A stretch of 64,000 nt of DNA from Lama guanicoe (GCA_013239625.1 MU053810.1:2181518-2245517), one strand, 5' to 3'; numbered from the stretch's first letter, positions 24,751-39,247 are shown. The notes: generated by a model not told the origin, from the sequence alone. Numbers and translations are program-made.

Positions 24751-27474
24751 AGGTGGCCTCTGCTTAGAAGTGCGCCAAGTAAATACTCACAAGAAAGACA
24801 AACTCCTCCTTGCAAATGGTTCCGAGCCTCCCCCAACACACAGAAGCATATGTGATCCAGGCCCCGAATGCTACACCACAGGGCTTTCCTAGAATGATTC
24901 AACTGGAAGATGTTCAAAGACGTAATATTATGTGCCCATTAGGGATCTGGAACATTTCAATCAGCCACCTCTGCTATGTGAATACTGAATGTGCTTTGCC
25001 GTGCACGTATGAAACACAGAAATGAAAACCTGCACCTTCACTGCAGCTGATCGTGGGAACTAAGTACTACTGGGGCTTTAAGAAAGGACAGTATAACTCC
25101 GAGCAAGTAATTCCCTTCAAATTTACACCTAAGTCATTCATAATTCTCTCAACCCTCCTTTTCCATTGGGAAAAAAATGAATAATAATTCCCTGGCATTT
25201 CAGCTGAAAATCAGTAAGCACGATTTCACTGGGAAGATGTTGCTTAAAGCCTGACAAAGACACACCATAATTCTCCATCTCTTCCAAACAGCTGGTAGAT
25301 TTTAAATTCCTGGCCAATGGGATGCAAAAAAAGAAAACTTTCACACATCTTTAAACTGCAAAACTGATATTTCAGAATCAACTCTGTTTATTCTTGTCCT
25401 ATCGTGAACTGCTGACTGGGGGAGCTGGACATTTACCAACAAATAAGTTTATAAATCAAGAGAAACACTTTGCCAGTCGAACCTAATAAACAGACAAAGC
25501 GAATAAGAACTATGAAGAGATCAAAGAGAGGTTTTTCCTTTAGACTAACAAAGCTACAGGGTGGGGGTCAGGAGACCACGAAGCAGCGAGGACTGTCAGC
25601 CTCCCTGCTGCACGGCAGTGCCCGGGAAACATCCAGGCCTCCTCGGGGAGGCTCGTTAGCTTGTCTTGGGAGGCTGGACCCCAGACGCCAGATTTTCCGA
25701 TCTGAGAAAGATTCCAGAAGCCAGAATCACCTGAGATGACAAGGACAAGTGTTATCAACAGTGACCACGAAGGACTTGAAATTGGAACCTTTCCTTTCCA
25801 CCCACCCCCCACCCCATCCTGTCATCCTTTACATTCTTTCCTGCACCCTTAAAAAAGGCCAAGGAAGTCCTGTCCTAACCAAGCCAATTATTTCTAGGGG
25901 TCAGCTTCAAGCTGAAATAAAGAAATAAATAATAAAGAAACAGAGTTTCTCTTAACAAAAATTATTTCATGACTAACGGAATTTTTTTTTGTACTGGCAA
26001 TATGGCAATATATTAGAATAAATGCTCTTTGTGAAAACTGCTACATATTCTAAAATACATACTCTGTTTTCTAAAATTCAGATTGCTCATTAAAGACTGT
26101 TATTCACCTCTATTAAATACAGTTAAATAAACCCATTTTATTTGTCCGTATTAGTATTTGCGCTATGTCTACGCCTGCATTTTCTAGTCGAAGAAATTTT
26201 GTCAAAAGGACAAAAGTTGAAAACTGTAACCTCAGCAGTCACCAACTTTAGGGACTTATCCCCTGGTACAAATGTTCATGCATATGCATATTTTCATCAC
26301 ATATTCAGACAGATGCCCTTGCATTGATTTGAATACTTGCATAAATATTAATGTGTATAAATGCTTGCATGCAGAAAACCCATTTATGAAATATCCAATT
26401 GCATAAATTAGGAACATTAGATACTAACTGTATTAACACTTTATAAAATACATGCATAAGTTTGCATGACCAAAAAAAAAAAAAAAGAGACACAATCCAT
26501 CGGAAGAGGCCAGATTTTCTCAATGTGTTGCTGTTTGGTTGGTATAAACTGGGAATTTACACAAACTATTTGAAGCTTTAGGTTACTCATAATTCACTAC
26601 TTACATGCATCTTTCCTGGCCTGAAAACTAAAGTCGTTTTTTAGAGTAAATTTATAAATTGTTACCCATAACCCCAAAAGAAAGTGTTGATTTTTTACAT
26701 CACCAAATGGACTCAGAAACTAACTTTTTCATAAAGAATAGAACTCACAAGTAATTTTCACAAAATATCATCCTCAAAATTTAGCTGCAGGTCATTGTAT
26801 TACATGTCTGATTCATTCCTAGAGGTGGCAGGCAAATGTAAACTTTACAAAGTAACCACCAGAAGTACAGTAAAGCCCGGCAGTTCAGGAAATTTGGATT
26901 CAGCACAGTCGGCAACTGGTTCCTGTCCTCACCCAGCTTCTGTTTTCAAATGCGGGCAGGCTCAAGTGTCTGTCTGGAGGAGATGCCTAAGGGGCTGGGA
27001 AGTAATTTCCCTCCGACCGTCAGGGACTTCTCAGTTCCATACATGGCCAGCTGGGTGCGCTGTCAGTTTCACTTCATTTTTGTACTTTTCGTGACAGCAC
27101 AGATTGACTTTAAAATACTTTTTCATTAACTTCGAAAACATACCGAGTCTGCATTTTACACTCAAACGTCTTGTATCCTAGCTATCATATTGTTGCAAGG
27201 TCTCAAGGCCCACCTTAGATTGGACACTCATCCCATCTGTGACTGAGGCAGACCTAAGAGACAGGTCCACAGTCAAAACAAAGGGGAGAGAATGGGCTCT
27301 CAACCCAAAGTCATATTTTACTATAGAGTGTTTCCTTCTCCCCAAAACTCAAATTCAGCTCTTCTGAGAACATGACGTGCATCCTGGAGGCTGAAAGGAG
27401 ACATGAAGCGTGTGGCACTATTTCTGCCTCTAACTAGGATAGACCTTTGATAAAAGGTTGCATGTCAGGGACTG

Positions 27475-27890
27475 ACTGTGGCCACCAATATCCATTTTTT
27501 GCCTTCCTCCTTGGCATACTCCATACTTCCAGCCCCTTGCAGTCAAATGAGTTCACAGGACTGAATTTTGGCCTGTGGAATATGGATGGATGTGATGTAT
27601 GCAACTTCCAGACTGAGCCCTGAAAACCATTCACGCCCCACCATGATTCCTCTCTAAGACAGACCGCATTCCCGATGCAGCACATCCGGTGGAGAATTCC
27701 AAGTTCCAGGCAATAGCAGAGGCATTAGATGGAAGCGGCCCGGATCACTGAATGACTACATGGAGCAGAACCCTTAAACACCCCACCTTTACTACCGTCA
27801 CATGGGCCTCTTAGGCGAGAGAAGAATAAATTTTATTGTGCTCAGATCTGAGGACTGTTTATTTCAACAGTTACTCTCTTCTGATTCCTA
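27475..27890 (+). mobile_element. MLT1J/I-like MaLR solo LTR
   Basis: cttccagccccttgcagt...tggcctgtggaatatgg..ggatgtgatgtatgcaacttccag...ctgaatgactacatggagcagaaccc...aataaattttattgtg. Confidence 0.75.
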
Positions 27891-28099
27891 TAAGGTGCAA
27901 CCATCGCACACACAACATACCTAGCATTTCCTTAACAGACAAATTGTTAAGACACTATGACATAACTCTTCTAGGAGCCAAATGGGAGAAGAGATATAAG
28001 AGTGTGGCAAGACAGGGCAGGACCTCAAAAACAGTCTGAGTGGTAATGAATCTGGAAATAAACTTACACTCCTTGCATTGGTGAACAAAGGGCCACACA

Positions 28100-28290
28100 A
28101 TTTTTATTTATTCATGAAAACATTTATTGGATGCTAACACATGCCAGGCACAATGTCTGGTGCTGAGGTTCAAAATATATGACTGGCCACATTCCCTGAG
28201 CTCAAGGAACCACAGTCTAGCTGATCGGGGAGAAAGAAAATTAAATCAGTTCTTCGCCAAAGTGTGGTAAATGCTGTAGAAGTCGCCCTG
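28100..28290 (-). mobile_element. L2 3' end
   Basis: attcatgaaaacatttattggatgctaacacatgccaggcaca...ctcaaggaaccacagtctag. Confidence 0.7.
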
Positions 28291-31200
28291 AGGAGGTGTC
28301 TGCTGTCCCCTCTCAGATGTGGATTTTGTGTGATGACACAACAGGAGTATCCACAACAAAGGTCACAAAACAAATTCATTTCTGGATGAAAAATAACAAA
28401 TTTTTTTAACCTGCCAAGACTGTGCTATATGTGACAAATGGCAACTGGGAGCATACAAGCAATACTGATATTAACCAACACTGCAGACGATGCTCGGCAT
28501 CTCTCTATCGAAGTCGCTAAGCGCTGCATGGGAGAAACAGGTAACAGAACTGCAGACGCACCCGGTGAGCAAGTGACGCACCCACCGCAGTGACGCCCCT
28601 CAAACTAGCCGTATGGCCTGCACATCACCATGGACACCGACAGATCTCCTCCTGCAGATCAAATACTCAGTGTGGAATCTGCGCCTTCTAATGAAGCAGA
28701 AGCAGAATTTAAGCTTCAACTCTTTTCAGTTAAAATACAGAATTCCAGCAGAAACATAGGTTTTCCTCTATCCTCCCTCCACCTCCTCTATCCTATTTAA
28801 AAGCTGGCATTTAAATTACCATGTTGTTTATCCTAATGCTTGTGAGGAAGCAAAACATCATTAGGGATTTGTCTAAAAATCTTAGATCCTGGGCCTAAAT
28901 TGGGAAACAATTCATTTGTGACACTTGTTGTGCTGAGCTGCAGCAATGAGATTTTTTTTCCACCTTGAATACATGAGAATCACGAACTCAGCGTGCACAT
29001 TGTCACTGACAGGACCAAACTCTACACTTACCGATGAAAATTCTGTAATAGACATTAGTTCCCAGGAAAATTTTGCAACATTGATTAATGAAGACGTTTT
29101 ATACAAAACTATGAGTGACCGTAATCAAAGTAATGTTACTTCAAGGATGTCCAAATAAAACGAAATAAAATTTAAAAACCCTGTTATAAATAGTAATAAA
29201 TTTCAAGGTTGGAAATACTCTTCCTATCTCTACAAAAACAAAACGAAGTGACTCTAAACATTCTCATGCCGAGATCTTTTCTCAATTTTCAGTCTATTTC
29301 ACAACAACAAAACTGTATCGGTCACCTAGCACTAGGCCAAGTGTCTTAATTACATTATAAGAGCTAATATTCAATTCTCATACTAATCCTCCAAGTTCAA
29401 GTATTTTTTGCTTCCATTTCACAGATGTGAAAACTTAGATACAGTGAAATAAATGAGACAGAAACCCCTTATGACTTCAATTCCTGGAGAAACAGAGGAA
29501 AGAAAAGGAGATGCTGTCATTTGAACCCCAGTCTTTTCTGCCTCTCGAATGAGCTTTTAAGGCCCAAAGGTCTGCGGAGGACAGAACGTAGGAAATAGCA
29601 CATAGTGGGGATGAACTTGGCGCAGTCAAGAATCCAAGCTCAGGTCTGCGTGTCTCTGTTGTTCCTGTCTTCTCCACCCTGAGCCACACCGTTAACTGTG
29701 TCTGTTCTTCCAGATCTAACTACAGTTAGATCTGACCTAAAAGCAAGGATTAAGTGAGAGCTTAAATCCGACTGACAGCTTCTTCTCTAGTCTACAAACA
29801 TTCCAAAAAAGCAGAAAGCCAGCTGCTTCTCCCTTGGCACGGTCCCACTGAATCCAAATAAATAATGCAGTGTTTTCTGTGTTTTAATTTTCTTTAGGAT
29901 TACTGTTCATTATGGTTTAATTTCTGCCCGTTTTAATTATTGCCTATTCTGTCCTTCAAAATGATCTCATCATCCAACCTTGTTCAGCAGACTTGAACAT
30001 CCTCCCACCTTCGTAATGAGGTCAGGTCGCCTCTTTTTCAGGGCCAGGAACGCCAGTTCCTCTTAAATATTCTTTTTAGAAGATCATAACCACAAGGAAG
30101 AAGAAAACTGGATCTTCCGTGAAAGAGAGGACTTTTTGCCTGGTATTAATCCCCCTTTCGAAATGAAACGTTTTGGGATCCTCAGGAATAATTACCACCG
30201 CTTGGCTTTCGAGGTGTGACGCGGAGGGACTTCAGGGAGCATCTGGCCGCACACAAAGCCCCTGTGATGTGCGCCCGGCGTCCCCCGCCCCCTCCACCCA
30301 CGCATTTCCCAGGCTCTCCCCAGCCAGACTACACGGCTCTCCCCGTGTTTCTCTATTATGTTTTAATAAAAGTATAAAAAGCCAAAAAGGAAAGCTAATC
30401 ATCCTTCCGTGTACCTATCGCCTTAGAGCTTGGTTTCGCATTTTTCTGTAGCAGTGCCTGCCTTCTGCAAAGGGCTTTCAGGCCAGGCTTTCACTCCTCC
30501 TCTCAACTTAAAATAAGCATCAAATATTGTCACTCCCATTTGAGACATGGGAGATAAGAAGCATAAGGAGATATAATGTCCTGCCGAAACAGGCCATTTT
30601 CAAAGTTCAAAGAGCCTTAAGGCTTGTTCATATAATCCACATATTGTAGGAAGTTTTTTTCTTGTTTCTTACCCATGTATCTTGCTACAATTTCAAAACT
30701 AACTTCCTTTGCTTTTAACTAGGATCAAGTCCTCAATTCCATACATACATAAAAACCGAGTCTTTCAAAAATACTCAACTGCTAGGATTTTGTCCCTTTG
30801 CATCCTGTCTTGAGGAATCAAAGGAAAATAATCTCCAATGGGCATCCTTCTAAGCTGCTGAAAAAGATTATTTCCAGCCAGTGTCCTGAGGATACCAGGG
30901 ACCCCAGGTCATCTCTTGGATCATCTGCATGCACAACATGGTCATCTGTGCTGACAGATGGCTGTGACCTCTGGCCTATTTGATGAGCAAGACACAGTGA
31001 AGTTTCTGAGCTGAAGTTAGCTGCTCTTTGGTTTGCCATCTAACTTTTGGAAACAAAATAACAAAAGCTTAGGAATAAATTTACCCCAACTGCAGACATT
31101 TTAGAAAGGGAGATCTTTCTCTCCATATCTGTATGGAACTAATGTAGCATCTGCATGCGATGCTAAAGGCATGCATATTTATACGGGTTTACACTCTCAG

Positions 31201-32369
31201 ACCTGCCAACCTGACATGGCGTCTGAGACTAGCCATCCCAGGCTCGTATCACAGTCGGGGCGTGAACACACCACTGCCCTATTTACATAACACACAGACA
31301 CCTGTGCTCAACATTTGTCATTTAATTCTAAATCCATGCAACAAAACTGCTTCTTTTTTCAAATTGGCATAGCTCAAAAATACGGAGATACAAGAAATCA
31401 CAATTTTTGTTTGTTTGTTTTTCTGCAAAAGCAGAGCCCTAACAACACTAGTGCTATCATCACCCCAGGCCCAACAGCCAGATGTGAGGGCCTTCAAGAT
31501 CCCATGGCGACAGTTAGAATGACAGCCCACCCACGGAAGGGCCAGGCTGACAACAGGACTAGGTAAACCACTCCCAACATTCAGACCATCAACAACCCTA
31601 CAATCTGGTGTCTTCTCGCACTAAAAATATCTTCTAGTTACTTCCTCAAATCTTCAGAATAAAATTCGCGTTTGCTGTTTCTCACACACACTGTGCAATT
31701 TCATTCCTGACTCCATGTATAGGTGGTTTCTCTATGTTGTGGGAAGTTTTTCACCATCACCTCTTCCTCAGTTGTCTCTAGCCTTATTCATTTTTAGGCA
31801 TTCACCTCACGCCACCTTCTTCTGCAAGCCATCCATGACCAGCACCACACCCACCTAGGGCTGAGTACCTGCCTCCATGAGCCCCAAACACGGACACTTC
31901 ATCTCTCCCCTAACACACGTACCAGGCTGTGCGGTGTGCTCTGGGCTGAGAGGGCCCTATGCTTAGACCTTGTCTCCGCAGCTTGCAGGCGCCTTCAAAG
32001 GAAGGTGGGACAGAAAAAGTAAGAACATCTTAAAGGAGAATCTGCATTAAATCTTAACCTCAAGTCTTACATGAGTAAGTCTCAGGCTCACGCTGCCCAG
32101 GGGGCAACGCAGAGCCTTCATGTGCTCCACACATGAAGGCGTGACAGGATGGAGAGCCCACTTCTCGGAGACAGGCTGTGTTTCCAGTGTTAACAAATCT
32201 GAAACTCCTAAACGTGGTCCTGACATCACTACATGGGCTCCAAAATGCCATTTAAGGACAAATTCACTGCTGCGTTAACAAAAAGCAGCTCGCGTCTTTG
32301 ACATCTGTTCTACACAAGGGCCCCAGAGATAACATATAAGCAACGATCCCCAAATCCTGGTGCGGAGGG

Positions 32370-32590
32370 AAAAGTCTGCATTTTGGAGTCAGGAAAACCC
32401 CTGGACTCACATCCCCACTGTGCTCTTCACTGGCTGTGTGCATTTAGGAAACTTACTTATTCTCTCTCGCTTGTTCCAGCTGTGACATGAGGCTAATGGC
32501 AGCTGTTTTTAGGGACTGTTGAGAAAAACAAATGAAATAAATGCAAGAGATGGTGCCCGGCGCAGTGAGCCCCTCGTGAACGTTTGCTCC
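32370..32590 (+). mobile_element. MIR
   Basis: tttggagtcagg...cactggctgtgtgcatttaggaaacttactta...tagggactgttgaga...aaatgaaataa. Confidence 0.65.
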
Positions 32591-35500
32591 CACCCCTCGT
32601 CCTCCAATCAGGGAGTGGGTGTCATCTAAGCACAAATGGGGGGCACAGTGTCACAATGGCAGACAGTCTCAGGCTTGAGTCCAGAATGGCAGAATGGGGG
32701 ATAGACCTGCCAACCGTGTGTGCTTCAAACCTGCAGAAGCCAGTTAGGTTTCCTCCAAAACGGGTACATTGCTTCCATATATGGGAACTGCATTTTCATA
32801 TCATCTTTTTCATCATGTTGATGTGAAAATCTGTGTTTTCAAGATGCAGTGGCCCTTGCGTTGCTGGGAGCTGGTCATGGGGATGAGGTATAAACCTAAG
32901 GGAAACACAGGGGCCTTCAAAGTTTTCCAAAATGTTCTGTTTCTTAAGCTGAGTATTGGGTACTTGGGGGCCCATTTTGTTACCACTCTTTAAACTGTAC
33001 ATAAGTTTTAGTAGACAGCTCTGTTTGTGTAATAGAATTTACAGTTTAAAACTGGGGGGATGTGGTCTCAATACTGAGGGACTGAAATCAGGAGTCCTAG
33101 GCATGGAAATCCCAATGACATTTACTAAGGTTGACACATTAATACAGTGTGTACTTGAACTGATGAGTTTTTCTGAGCCATTGTGGTATTTTAGAGGATT
33201 TACAGTGTAATAATTAGGAGTCCTTTTCTTTTGTCTAATGCACCTTGAAAGTCTACTTCTGAATGACTGCAAATTTCAACAGTGCTCACCAATGTGACTC
33301 AGAGTCATGCATCCAAAGAAAAAGACAAACCAGGCCAGAGGTCAAAAGACCTCGGCTCTAGCCCCAATTGTTTTACTGACAGTGTGGTAGAGCTGCAAGT
33401 TAACATCGAAAGTATTCAGAAAAACACAGACTTGAGGTCACGTGGTTCTCTGTCTAACACCCTCATCTGCGGTAACCACAGAACATAGGCTGTTTTATGA
33501 AGACAGGCTAAAAGCTGCCAAACCGGTACTTCTCCCCTCTTCTTGTGCCTTTTCTTGGGACATTTTTTTACCCCCAGTTTGTGCTTATGGTGGTTAATTT
33601 AAAAAATAATAATTTAACTAATTATTTAATATTAAAATTATTATTGTAGTAATTGCAGTTATGACCTAGGGAGCAATCTGCAACAGTAAACACAGTGCTC
33701 ATCAGTGTAAGAGCCTTACAGTTGTGTCATGCTTTGGCATTTACAAGTCACAGTCACAGACATTTTTACTGAGAAATCACACACACACACTCACACACAC
33801 ATACAGGAGGTGTCAGGAGACAAGTGGGTAAGAATGTAGGAAGCAGATGGAAGGACTGTCTCACAAGCAGACTGAGCACATGCTTCATAAGCATAAGTGA
33901 GGTGAGGGGTCCCCAAAAATAGAAAAGTGTTCAATGAACTTATCCAGAAGCCTGCGATCAGAAAATCTAACAGACGACACATCATTTTCAGGTTATCTGT
34001 GTGTTCTCTGCGTTAGAGTTTAGCATTGTTATTGTTGACTTGTTAATTAACTTCATTTAAGGAGAAGCACCATAATCTCTGGAGAATTTAGAATCTTCAA
34101 AGGTTATTATGACCTAACCCCAGAAGCAGAAATAGTAATGGAACGGAGGTTGGAAGCAATGCAAATAATGTTAGCCATCTGTCCTGCCTCTTGCTAAATA
34201 TTTCACTATTTTTTGACCAATAACATATAGCCTATGCTCAAAATGCAATATGCTAATCATTTTACTCTAAACAACCCTGTGGTGTAGTTTATTTAATTAT
34301 ATAAGTGACGTTAAATTATTTTTATAAGTACAAAAAAGGTTTTCCTCCTTAAATAAATGCAGTAAACAGTGACCTACCCTTCCCAGTGCTTAGTAATTTA
34401 ATACATCAGTGCTTTATCTGGCGAAACATAAATGTGAAATAAAGTTATGAGCATGTTTACAATAAATGCCCAGGGGTGGACCGGAGCAACTTTTGGAGAA
34501 AATGAGGGAAATAAATGGTTAACTGCCAGCATCCACATTCATGCTGGAGGACACAAAAAGGTTCACAGCAGTTGCTAAATTCATTTAGAGAAACTCACTT
34601 TATTTTTCCAGCAGAGCTCTCACCGGCTAATCTGTATTACAACCTGCAGGAGTCTTAATATTCTCAGCAGGATCAAGATTCGGGCCACACGGATACAGCT
34701 ATTTAATCTTGCAAGAGAACAATATTTGGCAGGAAAAGACCCCACAGCACTGAGGGGACGTCCCAGAGGTTCGTTGTCAGCACAGAGTGGGCCAAGAACG
34801 CCGAAGGTGGAAACCAAATAGCACCAACTGATGCTTCCCCGTTCCTTTCAGTAGCTTGCTACTCAAACACGTGTGTACACGGCACGTATGTTCGCAAACA
34901 CACACATCACACGCGCACATGTGGCTCTTCAGAGGCATGTATGTTTTTATAATCAAAATGTTTTCTCAACAGTTTGGACCCAGTCAAGAAAAATGTTTAA
35001 TTCAAGACTATCACTACAGAGGCTGGGAATAGGAAAGAGATGACGAAAAATGACCACAGTTCTACTTTCAAAACCCTTCAACTTCTTGAGCACTGAAAAC
35101 CAAAACAGAGAGAACATGTATCTGAACTTTCAAATGCATGCAAATATTTATATATTAAGCTTTAGCCATCCTGAAATTAATAGCTGATCAATACTCCTGT
35201 ACAAATGAGCATTTTTTTACATTTTATATGTAATCCTACATGATTAATTTTGCTTAATATTGAGTAGAATTTCTGGAAGCCCAGAATTCACGGGCAAGCA
35301 GGGAATAAGGAAAACACACACAGAAACTTAAAAACAACATTGATGCACCTACTGAGACACAGACAAACGGCATGAATCACTACTCAAGAAAATGAATCAG
35401 TAAAATCCTTCAAAACCTATCTTCACATAGTGACGGCAAGGGTTCGATTCCTTTACCTCTCAAACTTGGTCAGTGATCCCTCCGATATGAACACAGTGTT

Positions 35501-37879
35501 CCCCACCATCAAGCATTTATCTCTCGGCTGCAATTACCTGCTCACCTGTTACAGGGTAACTTGAGAGCTCCATGAGGTCAAGGGTCACATCTATTTTATT
35601 CCTCCTTATAGCCTACCTCCTAGCAAAGGGCCTGGCACATAGCAAACACTCAGAATGTTTAAGTCAGCGATTGCTTTCAAAAGTGGTTCCTTTCGGAGAA
35701 TTTGGCAGTGGGGAGGGGGTGGGATTTAAAGATACACATTTGAAATCTGCACATTGAAAATATGAAAACAATCTTGCCTCAATGTATATTTCAGTAATGA
35801 TGTGTCTCTCTGCACTCTCACACGTAGACACCGCGTGTTCCTAACCTTATATTCACTCCTACCTTCCTTTGCTCATTTCAATGCCATCTTCTCCCTCATC
35901 TGTGCCTTCGAGTTGCACTAAGGCTCTCCTTCTCCATGAAAGCCTTTTCCAACCTTCGTGCATCCTACCATGAACATAAATGCATGCAAAAAGTGGTTTC
36001 TCATTTTCTTCTGCAATCTACAGAGCCTGGTGGGATGTGATGTCCACAGCAAATGTTTCATGTGTAACAAACACACAGGCACAAGTAAGGGAACTCTGAA
36101 GGCAATTTCTACTTCTGTCTTACTCTTTATAGTCAAGGCACATGTTCTGGAGGATTCAAACATGATCAAGGAATGCCACTTGCCTTCAAAGACCTCACAA
36201 TAATTATACAATAAAAGTAAATATTTAAATTACTTTGGGGGAAATCAATCCTATCAAAAATAACACTTGTTAAGAGAAACAGAATAATTTTTTTTAGGTT
36301 TTTTTCTTTTATTCTTTCTTCTAAATCTAAACCCTTTTTCATAGTTTACTAATTAAACACAGGCAAATTGTGATACATTTATAATTCCAATGATGCAATG
36401 ATACAAACGCTTAATTCAAACAAATTAAAAGTTGACTTCATTACACTTAATATAGCCACAAGAGGAAAAATAAATCATAAATATGAACAAACAAAAAAAA
36501 TGATTGTAACTTCTGGTTTCTTGTCCTTGGAAATGTCTGGGGGTACTTTACAAAGCAACAGGTCCTTCAAACAGAAATTTGGAGCCTTCCTTTGACAAAT
36601 ATCATTGCATGTGACTCTCTACAGAAGAGGAAAACCCTACAAAGCAGCCCTGACATTGCTGAAAGAAAAGAAAGCTATAGTAGAAAATATAAGTAAAAAT
36701 AAAGAAAAGCAATTTTCATGACATAATTCTTCCAGGAAAATGAAATGTAAATTACAGAATATATCTACATATACTTCAAAAAAAGACATTTTTGCTTCTA
36801 ACTTCCAATCGTGCCATCTTTTCTTTAATTGTATAAACTTGGCTTGTGTTGCCAATGGGTTTTAATTAAATCCTTGTATAATGTCTCCCTCAACCCATGA
36901 CCTCTTAATAAGTTAAAATGACACTTGACTATTACACTTATTAACTGAGAAAACAGCAGGATTTAAACCTACCTCTAAAATCCATTGAAATGACAATTGT
37001 ATGGCATAATTATTCACGATAATCACATCTGGGGACTCCACAAATATATCTGTAAGATTTCTGGGTTTTCTTCAACATCCGTATGTGCTCACGGTAGACA
37101 GGGTCCCAAGAGGTACAATAAAACCTGGAAGAAAATTGAGATACTTTTTAAGTTTCAAATCTGTATAATGCACTGGAAATTGAGACTTAAAAAAAAATAG
37201 TCTTTCTTAGACTTTCGCTGTGGTATGAGGCTGTCTCTTTTCTATTGTCACACCTCTGCCCTCAGTTTCTCCACAGCTGCCCAGGCCAAAGTGCCTGCAC
37301 AGGACATGTGAAATCTATACATTCTGAGCTACGTAATTCAGCTGAGGGCTGGGAAACTTAAAAGCAGAGTTACTACTATGAGTTGTCTTTGCTTCTATAA
37401 ATGACTATGGATCAAAACCGCAAATAAAAAGAGGCTTGAAAGGGCCAATTAAAGATTAGAAATAGGACCTACAGGGAATGTTTTTGAATTTAAGATGATC
37501 CGGTTTGAAAACAGGAAAAAGTTTAAACACTGAATGTACAAGTTTTCCCGGAACAGCAACAGTCAGTCCCATCTACGCCACTGAAGACGACAGTTTATGA
37601 CGGAAGCTTACATGTTGAAGCGCATCTAAAACATATGTTGCTTAATTATCTCAGAATTATCCTATGATTTACGTAGATCCTTTCTCATTTAGCCCCTCCC
37701 CAAATTCATCTCTTAAAGCCCTAACCCTCAGTCTTCAGCTTCACGAAGTCAGAGAGGCCAAACACATACCACGTGAAATGCTAATTAAAACCAGAAACAT
37801 GGAATCCATGTGTGAAGCGGGTGGACCAGGTAACAGTGCTACCGTACAAAGCACTGTTACGATTCGGGAATGAGAAAGA

Positions 37880-38400
37880 TCGCTGTATCTGAGGGTCTGA
37901 ATGTGGGTCTGGGATCAGGGGGTGGTGATGTCATAAACAGACACTGTGAAATTGTTCCAAACAATAGGAATGACTCATGCAAAAGCCCAGAACAGAGTAA
38001 GGAGCCAGGCCTAAAAGAAATGGAAGAACAGTGTTGAAGGGGAGTGAAAAATAAGGTGAAAAATAATTTAGAAGCAGATTGTGGAGGGTCCTTAGAGTAA
38101 GAAATTAAGGGTTTAGGAGATGGGACTTTATTCCACTCAAAGTGGAAGTCCAAGGAAAGTTTTTTACTGGGTCATAATTAGGGTTATAATGAAAGAGATT
38201 TTTAGAAAGAGTCATCAGGTGACTGTGTTTAAAACACAACGGAAGGAGCAGAAAGAATGTGAAAGGAGAAAAGGCCAAATTGGAGATTCCTTTGATAACT
38301 TGGGCAGGATAAGGGCATGAACACAGTAGGACTGAAAGGAACAGGGGGGAGAAAAAGGGACTTCACAAAAGAAGGATCTTCAGAAACTGTTTGCTGGATC
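37880..38400 (-). mobile_element. L2 fragment
   Basis: tgcaaaagcccaga...agcagattgtggagggtcctt...ggactttattcc...ttttagaaagagtcatcaggtgactgtgt. Confidence 0.6.
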
Positions 38401-39247
38401 TTTAATCCCTGTTTCCAAAAAGATGTCATACGTGTTAATACTTTTATTTTGGGGGGGGGTCTGTCCCCAAACCTCCCCCTTAGACGATGCTATTTTACAA
38501 CCAAAATCCTTGTACTTGCCATGCACAAGTAATTACTGGTCTGGGATGTATTTGTTTCTTTAAGTGACTGTGGCTTAAAAAAAAAAATGAGGATAAAAAG
38601 AAGAGATCAACCTTTGAAGTTCTGCCCTAGGTGGAAAAATAAAGCAAAACCAGGTGTAAGGGAAACCACAGATTTAGAAACGAGAAAGGACCAAGAGGTA
38701 ATTTTCCATACCTTTTTCTCATAAAAGTATAAGTATTCTTCATAGAAACACTTTCCCCAAGGAGAGGCTGTTCAGAGGCTCTAATTAGACCGGGGATGTC
38801 AAAGTGTTTTGAAATGAATAAACCACTCATACATGTGGCAGGTATTATAAGGAAAAGACATGGTACTGCCCTATCACTTTCTTTGACATATTTGATCTTT
38901 GCTTTAAAGATAAAGCTACTGACCCACTCTTACCCCAGAATACATCGGAGTTACTGGCTGAGATGGGTTGGAGATAAAGCATGAAGTAACACATAAACTC
39001 ACTTTGTGAAAATATTAGATTTCAAGGGCTTAAATCTAAACCATTGACCTCATCACTAATCACCTATGTTAATCAGCCCCGTTATACGTTATAACAAAAC
39101 TACCACCCCATTCTCCATTCAAGCTACTTGGTGTACCGGATTTCGCTACTCAAAATCAGATTTCATATCACTTTTTCATACGTTATAAAACAGGCTTCTT
39201 GCATGAGGAACAAAATTCACAAGTAATCTATTTCAACACTGAATGTT

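Noticed and set aside
32775..32784. Isolated perfect CArG CCATATATGG (another at 24276-24285 inside L2)
   Set aside because: Several CC(A/T)6GG matches are expected by chance in 64 kb; no supporting context.
36500..36680. Strong minus-strand acceptor ctttcttttctttcag at 36659-36661
   Set aside because: No convincing downstream donor or polyadenylation evidence; an in-frame stop follows quickly.
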